A DNA stretch of 64,000 bases from positions 70,002-134,001 of the forward strand of contig CAUWIY010000002.1 of assembly GCA_963559065.1 (NCBI GenBank), written 5' to 3'. Position 1 is the stretch's first letter; each line of letters begins with the position of its first letter. The stretch comes from an uncultured Clostridia bacterium (GTDB lineage: Bacteria > Bacillota > Clostridia > TANB77 > CAG-508). The notes beneath the pieces were generated by a model that saw only the letters and a program-made list of their open reading frames with translations, did not search any database and was not told the DNA's origin. The translations under genes were made by a program, and so were the position numbers. This document shows positions 1 to 10,007 of this stretch, piece after piece.

Positions 1-116
1 GTATTTTTTTCTGTTTTGTTTGCCAAAGAATTGCTCGCCTCTGATATTATTGGTAAGCATATATTTATTAGTAATACTAATATGATTATAAAACTTATAT
101 GTTTTGTTATTTTCAT
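1..116 (-). CDS. 5' end of a signal-peptide protein running off the left edge (partial)
   Basis: ATG at 116 follows an AAGGGGAAG RBS. Translation MKITKHISFIIILVLLINICLPIISEASNSLANKTEKN has a basic n-region plus hydrophobic core. Only 38 codons are visible. Confidence 0.35.
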   Translation of the reverse strand, partial: MKITKHISFIIILVLLINICLPIISEASNSLANKTEKN

Positions 117-172
117 AATTTCTTCCCCTTTACCTTTTATTAAATTATGTTACTATAATAAATTATATAAAT

Positions 173-212
173 AAAAAAGAAATTTTTCAACATAATTGTC
201 AAAAAATTTCTT
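173..212 (-). terminator. intrinsic terminator at the end of the glycopolymer locus
   Basis: 11-bp stem AAGAAATTTTT/AAAAATTTCTT (177-187 / 202-212). On the minus strand it is followed by a T-run, 19 nt after the stop of the 231-1172 gene. Confidence 0.6.
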
Positions 213-230
213 GGTATGTTTTTACAATTG

Positions 231-1172
231 CTATTTAATGTTTATTTCTTTATCTATTATGTATTGAGGTCTTCTTTTTGTTTCATCATAAATTCTGCCT
301 ATATATTCTGATATTATCCATATTGATAATAGTTGAATTCCTGAGAAAAATGTAATTGCTACCATAATAGATGTCCAACCAGCTGATAAATTATGTGATT
401 GAATTGCATAAGAGACAAGTGCATATATTAATAATATTATTGATATAATTATTGAAATCATCCCTAATGCTCCAACTATTTTTAATGGTTTTGTTGAAAA
501 ACTTATTATTCCATCTGATGCTAATTTTAGCATTTTCTTTAATGGATATTTTGTTTCACCTGCAAATCTTTCTTTTCTTTCATATTCAAATGGTGTTTGC
601 TTATATCCAACCCAACTGAATAAACCTCTTAAAAATTTATTGTGTTCTGGTAATGAATTTATTGTATCTACTACTTTTCTATCTACTAGTCTAAAATCTC
701 CAGTATCTTTTGGGATTTCTACATCTGATAAGGCATTTAATGTTTTATAGAACATTTTAGCTGTAAATAATTTAAATGCACTTTCTCCATCTCTTGATTT
801 TCTTTTTCCATATATAACTTCATTTCCTTCTTCCCACAATTTTAACATATCTGGAATTAGTTCTGGTGGGTCTTGAAGGTCTGCATCCATTATTACAATT
901 GCATCACCTGTAACATATTGAAGCCCCGCTGTAACAGCAGCTTGATGTCCAAAATTCCTTGAAAAAGAAATTACTTTTACATTTTTATCTTTAGTTGCAA
1001 TATCTTCTAATATCTCTAATGTTTTGTCTGTGCTTCCATCATTTACAAATATTATTTCATGATCATAGTTTTCTAATTTGTTTAGATTTTCTTTTACTCT
1101 TTTGTAACATTCGTTTGCAACTTTTTCTTCATAATACATTGGTATAACTAAAGTTACTTTTTTCTTTTCCAT
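231..1172 (-). CDS. polyprenyl-phosphate glycosyltransferase, GT2 (GtrB/CsbB/ArnC-like) with two C-terminal TM helices
   Basis: Motifs VIPMYYEE, FVNDGSTD, DADLQDPPE and FRLVDRK, with a C-terminal hydrophobic pair. ATG at 1172 has an AGGAAGGAAG RBS. The track ORF extends to 1208. Confidence 0.85.
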   Translation of the reverse strand: MEKKKVTLVIPMYYEEKVANECYKRVKENLNKLENYDHEIIFVNDGSTDKTLEILEDIATKDKNVKVISFSRNFGHQAAVTAGLQYVTGDAIVIMDADLQDPPELIPDMLKLWEEGNEVIYGKRKSRDGESAFKLFTAKMFYKTLNALSDVEIPKDTGDFRLVDRKVVDTINSLPEHNKFLRGLFSWVGYKQTPFEYERKERFAGETKYPLKKMLKLASDGIISFSTKPLKIVGALGMISIIISIILLIYALVSYAIQSHNLSAGWTSIMVAITFFSGIQLLSIWIISEYIGRIYDETKRRPQYIIDKEINIK

Positions 1173-1264
1173 ATCTTTTATCTTCCTTCCTGATAAAATG
1201 AATTTCATATTTTAATGTTATCTTTTATATTTTATAATATTTTTACAAAAATTACAAATAAATT

Positions 1265-1696
1265 TTAATTATTGTTTTCTTTTTTCTTAAATACAAATAT
1301 TTTACTAAATATATAATTCGAAATTGTTATGACAACTTGTGATACTAATTTCATTATTTTATCATTTCCATGTAATACAGTTACACCTACATACATTATT
1401 AGCATGTCCATAATTAATGTTATAACCCTTGATAATACAAATTTTCCTGATTCTTTTAATTTGTTTGTTTCTTTACTTTCAAAGACATATTTTCTATTAG
1501 TAAAATATGCAAATGTTACTCCTGCTATCCATGATAATATATTTGCTATTTGCAATTGCACTCCATCATCTGGATTTAAGAATGTGCATACAGATATATA
1601 ATATACTGCCAAAGAGACTATTGTTGTTAATACACCAACTATTAGATAATTTATTATTTCTTTATATTTTGTGTATAGTTCTTTTATTTTTTCCAT
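1265..1696 (-). CDS. GtrA-family small membrane protein (putative polyprenyl-P-sugar flippase)
   Basis: 143 aa with four predicted TM segments. The FTNRKYVF-type motif and FVLSR motif are typical of the GtrA family. Adjacent to a GtrB-like GT2. Confidence 0.8.
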   Translation of the reverse strand: MEKIKELYTKYKEIINYLIVGVLTTIVSLAVYYISVCTFLNPDDGVQLQIANILSWIAGVTFAYFTNRKYVFESKETNKLKESGKFVLSRVITLIMDMLIMYVGVTVLHGNDKIMKLVSQVVITISNYIFSKIFVFKKKENNN

Positions 1697-1777
1697 TTCG
1701 TTTTAAGTCCTTTCTGTTTTGCTCTAATTCAAATTTTTATTTTAGAATGTTTTATATTTTATGAATTCAATGCAGTC

Positions 1778-2884
1778 TTATTTTAGTTCACTATTTGCTA
1801 ATTCCAAACTTGCTTTAATTACTTTATCCATATCATAATATTTGTAATTTCCAAGTCTTCCTCCAAATATTACATTTGTTTCTTTTTGAGCTAATTCTTT
1901 GTATTTTTCAAATAATGTATTATTTTTCTCATCATTTACTGGATAATATGCTTCATCTCCAGGTTTCCAATCCATTGGATATTCTTTTGTTATTACTGTT
2001 CCTTTACATTTATTAAATTCAAAATGTTTATGTTCAATTATTCTTGTATATTTTTGTTCATGGCTTGTATAATTTACAACTGCATTTCCTTGATAATCAT
2101 CTATATTTTCATATACTTCATTTTCGAATTTTAATGAACGATATTCAAGATTACCAAATGTATAATTAAAGTATTCATCTATCATTCCTGTAAATAAAAC
2201 TTTATCTGCTTTTTTGTCATATTCTTCTTTATTTTTTAGGTAGTCTACACCTAATTCTATATCTGCATTTTCTAACATTTTTTCTATTATAACATTATAA
2301 CCACCTATTGGAATTCCTTGATATCTATCATTAAAATAGTTATTGTCATATGTAAATCTTACTGGTAATCTTTTTATTATAAATGATGGTAATTCTTTGC
2401 AATCTCTTCCCCATTGTTTTTCTGTGTATTCTTTTACAAGTTTTAAGTATATATCTTTTCCAACTAATGATATAGCTTGTTCTTCTAAGTTTTTTGGTTC
2501 TGTTATATTATATTCTGATTTTTGTTCTTCTATTTTTTCTTGTGCTTGTTTTGGTGTTACAACTCCCCATAATTTTGAAAAAGTATTCATATTAAATGGT
2601 AAATTATATATTTCTCCTTTATAGTTTGCAATAGGTGAATTTATATAATTATTGAATTCAGCAAATTGATTTACATAGTCCCATATTTCTTTATCACTTG
2701 TATGGAAAATGTGTGCTCCATATTTATGAACATTTATACCATTTGTGTTTTCACAATATATATTTCCTCCTATATGGTTTCTTTTGTCTATTACTAGACA
2801 TTTTTTTCCTTTTTTACTTGCTTCATATGCAAATGTTGCTCCAAAAAGTCCTGCTCCTACTATTAAATAATCATACTTTTCCAT
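1778..2884 (-). CDS. glf: UDP-galactopyranose mutase
   Basis: N-terminal FAD fold YDYLIVGAGLFGATFA. Full-length (368 aa) resemblance to Glf, including HIGGN, YGAHIFHT and GRLGNYKYYDMD. Confidence 0.92.
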   Translation of the reverse strand: MEKYDYLIVGAGLFGATFAYEASKKGKKCLVIDKRNHIGGNIYCENTNGINVHKYGAHIFHTSDKEIWDYVNQFAEFNNYINSPIANYKGEIYNLPFNMNTFSKLWGVVTPKQAQEKIEEQKSEYNITEPKNLEEQAISLVGKDIYLKLVKEYTEKQWGRDCKELPSFIIKRLPVRFTYDNNYFNDRYQGIPIGGYNVIIEKMLENADIELGVDYLKNKEEYDKKADKVLFTGMIDEYFNYTFGNLEYRSLKFENEVYENIDDYQGNAVVNYTSHEQKYTRIIEHKHFEFNKCKGTVITKEYPMDWKPGDEAYYPVNDEKNNTLFEKYKELAQKETNVIFGGRLGNYKYYDMDKVIKASLELANSELK

Positions 2885-2906
2885 AATTTTTCTTCCTCTC
2901 TTTTAA

Positions 2907-3809
2907 TTATTTTTCTTGTGATTCTACATATTCTAATTTTGGGTTAAATACTATTCCAGCAAAAAATCCTTTTAATATTACTCCTATTCTTTTTAATTTG
3001 CAATCTTTAGATTTACCCAAAATTCTGAATATTGTTATAAATATCCATGCTATATATGCTACTTTTTCATAAAAACTTTCTTTTCTTACTCTATAAAATC
3101 TGTTTCTACTATCATAGTAATATCTTGATATTCTTTCTTTAGGAATATTTACTATATCAAATCCTGTATTACTTCCCATTTTATGTACTACAACACTGTT
3201 AAAACTGAAATATCCTGGTTTTTCTTTTCCTATTCTTTCTGTATATTCATGGTCATCTCCATATATGAACATTTCTTTTACAGGTAATCCTAAATTTTTA
3301 ACAACTTTTAAGTTTAGAAATACAGATACAAATGTACAGCTTATAAGTTTTAATAAGCTATCATTGATTTTGTCCGCATATTCATACCAATTTTTATCTA
3401 TTCTTGGCATATTCATTTTACATGGTTTTCCATCCGTCCATTCTACATAACTACAAAGATATGAAAATTCATCATTAAGATTTTGGGCATTTTTTATTAA
3501 TTCTTCTAATGAATTATTTTTTGGAATTGTATCATCATCCATTAGCCAACAATAGTCATATCCTTTTTCAATACTTAATCTTACTCCGTAATTAAATCCT
3601 CCTGCTCCACCTAAGTTTGCTCCTGTATTTTTATAAATTATTCTATCATTTTTAAATGATTTTACAAGTTCCTCTGTTCCATCTGTACTAGCATTATCTA
3701 CTATTAATATATCAAATTCTGATGTATTTTGATTTAATAGTGATTCTATATTTTCTTTTAACATATTTTTTCTGTTATATGTTACAACTAATGCTACAAT
3801 CTTATTCAT
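2907..3809 (-). CDS. GT2 glycosyltransferase (rhamnosyl/galactofuranosyl-transferase-like)
   Basis: Motifs VALVVTYNR, IVDNASTDGT and DDD, followed by GDDHEY. The ATG at 3809 is preferred over the TTG at 3860 used by the track. Confidence 0.8.
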   Translation of the reverse strand: MNKIVALVVTYNRKNMLKENIESLLNQNTSEFDILIVDNASTDGTEELVKSFKNDRIIYKNTGANLGGAGGFNYGVRLSIEKGYDYCWLMDDDTIPKNNSLEELIKNAQNLNDEFSYLCSYVEWTDGKPCKMNMPRIDKNWYEYADKINDSLLKLISCTFVSVFLNLKVVKNLGLPVKEMFIYGDDHEYTERIGKEKPGYFSFNSVVVHKMGSNTGFDIVNIPKERISRYYYDSRNRFYRVRKESFYEKVAYIAWIFITIFRILGKSKDCKLKRIGVILKGFFAGIVFNPKLEYVESQEK

Positions 3810-3875
3810 TTTAATTTTTGTTCCTTTCTCTTTCGATTTGACTGGTAATCTATTTAACAAATTTAATTGCTTATG

Positions 3876-5327
3876 CTATGTTCTTCTTAATTTATTTTTT
3901 ATTCCACCAGATACTTGAAGATATATGTCTTTTAAAAATTTATATTTTAATATTACTAGCATTATTGTATATGTTATTGCACCTATAACTATTTCAATTG
4001 CTGTATTCATTATACTTATTGGAAGTGCGTCTGTCAATAATTTTACAACTATAAACATGATGACTCCACTTATTAAGCATTTTGTTCCCATTTTTAAAAT
4101 TTCTAATAAGCTAAATTGTTCTTTAAAGTATTTTAATTGTATTGAGAATATTACTAGTTCTGCTATTAAAGATGAAATAGCAGCTCCTACTCCATTAAGA
4201 TAATGAATTAATATAATATTAAATATTACATTTGTAATAGCTCCTACTACAACTGATATTGTATACACTTTTTGTTTTCCTGTTTGAACCAAATATTGTG
4301 TTCCTGTAATTCCATTAAGTCCTATGGCTATTAATATAGGAGCGGTTGCTATCAATATTGATGTTACTCCTTCAAAACCTTCTCCATAATACCAAGGAAC
4401 AAATTTTGGTGCAACTGCAATTAAGCCAAATATCATAGGTACTGATAAAAGCCAAGTAAAATTAAATGATTTTTCTAAACATGATTTTACTTCTTTTTCG
4501 TCTTTTGTAGCATATGCGTTTGCAATTCTTGAATTCATTACAATTTGTAATGCACTTAAAACTGTTAGTGCCGCTCTTACCACTTTTTGAGCTTGTTCAT
4601 AATATCCGACTTCTGTCATATCTTCTGTTAATTTACCTATCATTGTTTTATCTAAAACAGTATAAATTTGTATTGCAATTTGTGGTATAAATAATGCAAA
4701 TATTGGTTTTATATGTTTTTTAAATTGTATTTCTTTTATGTTTATTTTGCTTAAGTATTTTGGTAAATATAACCATAGTGAAATATTTCCTATTAGTTCT
4801 GCTCCTACAAATATAGCAAAATATTTCCATAAATCATCTGGTGTTTTAATGACAACAAATGTAAGGACTAGGCTTAATAATTTAACAATTAGATTTCTTA
4901 CAACAGTTTTATCAAATTCTTCTATTCCTTGAAACAACCAACTTATATCAAATAGGTTTGCTACTAATTGAATTATTAAAATTCTATAGTAAACTGCATA
5001 TTCTCCTGTTCTTCCATATACTAAGTAAAATAGTATTATTGATATACTTAATGTTATTGTTCTTAATATTATTATTTCCCAAAACGTTTTGCTTCTTGCT
5101 GACTTGTCTTTTTGTAAATAAGCAATTTCTCTTTGTCCATACATTGATACACCTAATGTGCCAAATAATATAAAATATGTAACTATTGATATTGTATATC
5201 CATATATTCCTATGTTTTCAGCGCCTAATACTCTTGATAGATATGGTGTTGTTACTAATGGTAATAATATAGTTAACATTTGATATATTAGATTGTATAT
5301 ATAGTTTTTTGCAATACTTTTTTTCAT
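3876..5327 (-). CDS. wzx: Wzx-type (MOP superfamily) polysaccharide flippase
   Basis: 483 aa, about 12-14 TM segments. N-terminal NYIYNLIYQMLTILLPLVTTPYLSRVLGAENIG is typical of the polysaccharide biosynthesis protein family. Confidence 0.8.
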   Translation of the reverse strand: MKKSIAKNYIYNLIYQMLTILLPLVTTPYLSRVLGAENIGIYGYTISIVTYFILFGTLGVSMYGQREIAYLQKDKSARSKTFWEIIILRTITLSISIILFYLVYGRTGEYAVYYRILIIQLVANLFDISWLFQGIEEFDKTVVRNLIVKLLSLVLTFVVIKTPDDLWKYFAIFVGAELIGNISLWLYLPKYLSKINIKEIQFKKHIKPIFALFIPQIAIQIYTVLDKTMIGKLTEDMTEVGYYEQAQKVVRAALTVLSALQIVMNSRIANAYATKDEKEVKSCLEKSFNFTWLLSVPMIFGLIAVAPKFVPWYYGEGFEGVTSILIATAPILIAIGLNGITGTQYLVQTGKQKVYTISVVVGAITNVIFNIILIHYLNGVGAAISSLIAELVIFSIQLKYFKEQFSLLEILKMGTKCLISGVIMFIVVKLLTDALPISIMNTAIEIVIGAITYTIMLVILKYKFLKDIYLQVSGGIKNKLRRT

Positions 5328-5436
5328 TATTAATTTTATCCTTCCTAGCTATTGTTTCAATTCATGTTACTATATGTTTTTTATAAGATTTGAATTGTAG
5401 AAGTTTTTATGTAATAGTACTTTTTTACAAATTTTC

Positions 5437-6384
5437 TTATGTATTTTTTGCAGGATTCCAACCTGGTTTAAAAGTTTCATGTAATCCTGTTTTTCCAGCT
5501 TTTGCATCTTTTACAGCTTCATTTATCATTTTGTATCCATATTTTTTATCTTTTCCGAATAAAAATACTGCTACTTTAAATTTAAATGGAATTTCAAAGC
5601 ATTGTTCTTTAAAGTATTTTTCATCAAAATTACATTTTATAAAGTCTAAAGTGTTTCTTACTAAGTAGTATAGTTTCCATTTTACAATTTCACTCATTTC
5701 TGAATGTGGTGCATCATGCACAACTTGCATTTTTGGTATGCAGATTATTTTTCCTAATTTTGATAATCTATAGCAATGTTCTGTATCATCATAATAAATG
5801 AAATAGTCTTTTTTTGTTAGTTCTGTTTGTAACATTTTTTCTTTATTTATCATTGTTCCAACATAAGAAAATCCATTGATTTCAAATTCATCTTGCTCAT
5901 AATCTTTATTTTTAGAGTATGGTTGTGCTACTCTATTAAATACTGTTGTGTAAATTCTTCTTCTATGTGAACAGTCAATAGTTTTTCCATCACTTTTTAG
6001 AACTTCTCCACATATTGCTGATATATCTGTTTTTGCATTTTCATGGCTTTCTATATATTTTTTTCCTATTTCAAATGCGTCTTCTTTTGGGTATGCGTCA
6101 TCATCTGCAACCCAAACCCAATCTGCATCAAGCTCTAAACTATTTTTTAAACCCTCATAAAAGCCCCCACTTCCTCCTGTGTTTTTATCAAGGTTTACTA
6201 CGATTTTTTCTATTTTTTCTGTTTCTTTTTTCCATTCTTCTAAATATTCTTTTGTTCCGTCATTACTGTTATTATTTACAACTAATATGTATTTTGGTAA
6301 AACTGTTTGTTCCTCATAAGATTTTAGTGCTATTTTTAGTTTTTCTAATCTATTATATGTTACTAATACTACTCCAATTTTCAT
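5437..6384 (-). CDS. GT2 glycosyltransferase
   Basis: Motifs IGVVLVTYNR, VVNNNSNDGT, ADDDAYP and YDDTEH. Confidence 0.8.
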   Translation of the reverse strand: MKIGVVLVTYNRLEKLKIALKSYEEQTVLPKYILVVNNNSNDGTKEYLEEWKKETEKIEKIVVNLDKNTGGSGGFYEGLKNSLELDADWVWVADDDAYPKEDAFEIGKKYIESHENAKTDISAICGEVLKSDGKTIDCSHRRRIYTTVFNRVAQPYSKNKDYEQDEFEINGFSYVGTMINKEKMLQTELTKKDYFIYYDDTEHCYRLSKLGKIICIPKMQVVHDAPHSEMSEIVKWKLYYLVRNTLDFIKCNFDEKYFKEQCFEIPFKFKVAVFLFGKDKKYGYKMINEAVKDAKAGKTGLHETFKPGWNPAKNT

Positions 6385-6489
6385 GACAATTCTCCTTACT
6401 AACTTTATTTTCGTTGCTACTTAAGAAAAATCAATTACGATTAAACAGGTCATACGTATTATAGTCTTAAGTATCAATAAAAATTTAAC

Positions 6490-7533
6490 TTAAAATTTAA
6501 TATCTATTTTTAATTTATCAACTAAAAATCTATAAACTTTTATATAAACAATAGGAATTCCCCATTTATAGAATAATGATACTCCCCATAATGCTATATG
6601 CTTAAATCCTTTTTTTAGTGAATATCCAAATTTTAAAAATGGTGATTTTCTCCAATTTTCAAAATTATTGTCTAAATATTCTATTGTTTCTTTTAATTCT
6701 TTTTTTATATTTACTGTATTATCATATGAAACTCTATACATTACTGATGTACCTAAATGTAAGAATGCAAATGTATCTAATATATATTTCATTTCCTCAT
6801 ATTTATTTGTTTCTATGTATAATTTTTTTACTTCTAATAAATATTTTTTTAAGTTTTCTACATCTTGTTTATTTACCGAATGTATTTGTGAATCATATCT
6901 TAAAAAATAATGATATAGTACATTTGGTATAAATGCTATTTTTTCCATTTTTGTGTAGCAACTTGCCAAAAACATTGTATCATTAAATCCTCTGAATGGT
7001 AAAAATCTTAAATCTTTTATTTTTTCTCTTTTATAGACTTTGTTCCATGGTGCTGGATTTATAAATAGTAAATAATCATCATTTGGAACAATATTTTTTA
7101 CTGTTCTTCCAAAGTTTGTCATATTTGTAGCTATAGTTTTATTTGTTTCTAAGTCAATTCTTTCAAATCCGCAGACAGCTAAATCTGCGTCATTTTCTTT
7201 TGCTGCTGTGTATAATTTTTCTGCCCAGTCTAGTTCTACATAATCATCTGTATCTACAAATGTTACATATTCCCCTTTAGTTCTTTCTAGCCCATAATTT
7301 CTTGTTGTAAATTCTCCACCATTAGGTTTATGAAATGCTTTTACTTTTTCAGGATATTTTTTTTCATATTCATCTATAATTTGTGGTGCACTATCTGTAG
7401 ATCCATCATCTACACATAAAATTTCTATTTCTTGTAATGTTTGGTTTACAAGTGCATCTAAACATCGTGGCAAATATTTTTCTAAATTATATACTGCTAC
7501 AACTATTGAAAGTTTAATCTTTTGGCTCTCCAT
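6490..7533 (-). CDS. GT2 glycosyltransferase
   Basis: Motifs LSIVVAVYN, CVDDGSTD and FVDTDDY. Confidence 0.8.
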   Translation of the reverse strand: MESQKIKLSIVVAVYNLEKYLPRCLDALVNQTLQEIEILCVDDGSTDSAPQIIDEYEKKYPEKVKAFHKPNGGEFTTRNYGLERTKGEYVTFVDTDDYVELDWAEKLYTAAKENDADLAVCGFERIDLETNKTIATNMTNFGRTVKNIVPNDDYLLFINPAPWNKVYKREKIKDLRFLPFRGFNDTMFLASCYTKMEKIAFIPNVLYHYFLRYDSQIHSVNKQDVENLKKYLLEVKKLYIETNKYEEMKYILDTFAFLHLGTSVMYRVSYDNTVNIKKELKETIEYLDNNFENWRKSPFLKFGYSLKKGFKHIALWGVSLFYKWGIPIVYIKVYRFLVDKLKIDIKF

Positions 7534-7894
7534 TGTTTTTCTCCTTATTTTTTTCTAGTTCTGCTACTCTTTTTTTAAGTATAGATATTTCTTGTATTAG
7601 TAATGTGTTCTTTTTTTCTTCTTTTGATATTAGTGTTGTTAGATCAAATATTAAATATAATATTATAAAAATTGCTACACTAAATATCATATTAATAGGA
7701 ATTCCAAATCCTATAAATTCTGATATATTTTCTACTAAATTTGGAATTAATAATGCAATAATTAGTAATACACCTGTTATTGACCAAAATATTAAATAAC
7801 CAATTCTCATGTTTTTTCTTTTTACTGCTTTTAATATGAAAAATATGTATATTAACACTATTGCTATTAAAGCTATTTTTAATGATGTTTGCAT
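7514..7894 (-). CDS. DUF2304-type small membrane protein
   Basis: 126 aa: three TM segments followed by a short C-terminal coiled coil (LLIQEISILKKRVAELE). Start overlaps the stop of the upstream GT2, the usual GT2-DUF2304 arrangement. Confidence 0.7.
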   Translation of the reverse strand: MQTSLKIALIAIVLIYIFFILKAVKRKNMRIGYLIFWSITGVLLIIALLIPNLVENISEFIGFGIPINMIFSVAIFIILYLIFDLTTLISKEEKKNTLLIQEISILKKRVAELEKNKEKNNGEPKD

Positions 7895-8607
7895 TATTTA
7901 TTCCTCCTTTTTCTAAAACTTATGCTATCTACTATTATTGCTAATACTACTTTTACCATATAGTCTACAGATTTCCATAATCTTATTGAAGAAACTCCCC
8001 CTGTTCTTTCATTCATACTAACTGGAACTTCTGTTACATTATATCCACTTACTAGTAATGAAACTGTTGATTCTGGTTCAGGGTATTCAGTAGGATAATT
8101 TTTTGCAAATTCTTCTATTATTTTTTTATTTACTGCTCTAAATCCAGATGTAGGGTCTGTTATTTTTTTACCAGCAAATATTTTTATAAATGTTGAAATT
8201 ATATTTGACCCTAGTCTTCTCATAAATGTTGATTGAAATTCACTTGAGCTTTTGTCTAGGTATCTAGTTCCTATGCACATATCAGCTTGTCTATTTATTA
8301 GAGGTTCACATATGTTTGAAATATAGTTTACATCATGTTGACCATCTCCGTCAAACTGAATTGCTATATCATAATTGTTTTGGTAAGCATATTTATATCC
8401 TGTTTGTACTGCTCCTCCTATACCAAGATTATTTATTAATGTTATATGTTTTATGTTGTTTTCTGATAAAATTGTTTCAGTATTATCTGTTGAACCATCA
8501 TTTATAACTATATATTCTATTTCTTTGCTAAAATTTTCTATTTTGCTAATTGTTTGTTTTATATTATCTTGTTCATTATATGCTGGTATTATTAGTAAGA
8601 TTTTCAT
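7894..8607 (-). CDS. GT2 polyprenyl-phosphate glycosyltransferase (DPM1/GtrB-like, soluble form)
   Basis: Motifs IIPAYNE, VINDGSTD, FDGDGQHD and SGFRAV. Confidence 0.8.
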   Translation of the reverse strand: MKILLIIPAYNEQDNIKQTISKIENFSKEIEYIVINDGSTDNTETILSENNIKHITLINNLGIGGAVQTGYKYAYQNNYDIAIQFDGDGQHDVNYISNICEPLINRQADMCIGTRYLDKSSSEFQSTFMRRLGSNIISTFIKIFAGKKITDPTSGFRAVNKKIIEEFAKNYPTEYPEPESTVSLLVSGYNVTEVPVSMNERTGGVSSIRLWKSVDYMVKVVLAIIVDSISFRKRRNK

Positions 8608-8669
8608 TTTACCTTTCTCCTCTTTATATTGAATTATTGGTATTAAAAAATATCTATTTATCCATCTGA

Positions 8670-10007
8670 TTAAGCGAAAAATTTGAAAATAGTTATTATT
8701 ACAAGTAAATTTAATGTTGTTAAAAGTATCGCTATCCAGTTATTTATATTTTTTATTTTTATATAGTTTTCCTTTTGGCACATACAAAGCAATAGTAATA
8801 TAACTACTGGTATAAAGTACCTTCCTTGTACTCCTAATACTAAATCTCCTCCAACTGGAGACCATGTTATATATAATCCTGTTATTATCAATATTATTGT
8901 TGCAATTGTAATTAGGCACGTCCATAGTTTTTGTTTATTTTTTAATTCTTTTTGGTTATTTTCTAAAAATGGTGCAAATAGTAATATTATTAAAAATGAA
9001 TTAATTATAGTTCTATTTACTGTTATATCAAGCCATCCTAATTGTGAACCAATAAAAGTATCTAAATAATATTGCCCATATGTATATGTTGTTTTAATCA
9101 TTGCTTTTATATATACAAATGGCTTTGTAAAGATTGTTTTTATTTGTTCCATAGAGTTGACATTTGAGGCTTCTATATAATCTTTTGTAGCTGTAGGTGT
9201 AGGAAATGACATTGTATATATAAAATATGCTGTTGCACAAATTATACAAATTGTTGTGCTTATTCCTAGAATAGCAATCTTTTCTTTTTTAGTTATTTCT
9301 TTTTTTCGTATTAATAAAAAGTTAAGTCCTATAATTGGTAAATATGCTATTTTTGAAATAGATATTAATAGTGGTAATATTATGCACATTATTTTGTCTT
9401 TTTTAGTTATCTCCTCTTTGTAAAGAATTTGCATAATATGTGCTATATATATTAAAATTAGTATATTTATTATTGCATCAGCAGATAATGAAATTGCTTG
9501 ACATAGTATCATTGGTAATAGTAAATATACAAATGCAACAAGTTTCCCAAATGGTAATTTTTTTATAATATAATATCCTGCAATTATATATAAAATAAAA
9601 TTCAATAATTTTCCTAAATAAATTCCATATAAAATATTTATATTTAATGTTCTTCCTACTGCCATTCCGATAGCTGATGGAATATATAGAAAAAACGGAT
9701 ATGCTTGTGCTGGTGTAATTACTTCTACTGTGTCATTATAATCTGTTTTTTTATTTAAATTTTCTTTTAATGTTTTATAATTATTTAGTGTTTCTTGCTT
9801 ATTTTCTAATAAGTCTTTTGGTATTGTTGTAGTATCATGTGTAAATAAAATTCCTTTGGATATTTCATATGCTTTCCAAATATGTGCACTTTCATCTGGT
9901 GCATATGTTGGTAGCATAAATACCATATATAGAATTCCAATTGGTATTACTATTATTGTAAAAAGTTTTTCCAATGTAATCTTTTTTATTTTATTTAAAA
10001 CATCCAT
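8670..10007 (-). CDS. DUF2142-type polytopic membrane protein (GT-C-like glycosyltransferase candidate)
   Basis: 445 aa with more than 10 TM segments. The PDESAH motif sits in the first extracytoplasmic loop. Follows the GT2/DUF2304 pair. Confidence 0.7.
   Translation of the reverse strand: MDVLNKIKKITLEKLFTIIVIPIGILYMVFMLPTYAPDESAHIWKAYEISKGILFTHDTTTIPKDLLENKQETLNNYKTLKENLNKKTDYNDTVEVITPAQAYPFFLYIPSAIGMAVGRTLNINILYGIYLGKLLNFILYIIAGYYIIKKLPFGKLVAFVYLLLPMILCQAISLSADAIINILILIYIAHIMQILYKEEITKKDKIMCIILPLLISISKIAYLPIIGLNFLLIRKKEITKKEKIAILGISTTICIICATAYFIYTMSFPTPTATKDYIEASNVNSMEQIKTIFTKPFVYIKAMIKTTYTYGQYYLDTFIGSQLGWLDITVNRTIINSFLIILLFAPFLENNQKELKNKQKLWTCLITIATIILIITGLYITWSPVGGDLVLGVQGRYFIPVVILLLLCMCQKENYIKIKNINNWIAILLTTLNLLVIITIFKFFA

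Noticed and set aside
8740-8925. 61-aa minus-strand ORF nested in the DUF2142 gene.
   Set aside because: It is an alternative frame inside a well-supported longer CDS and has no independent signals.
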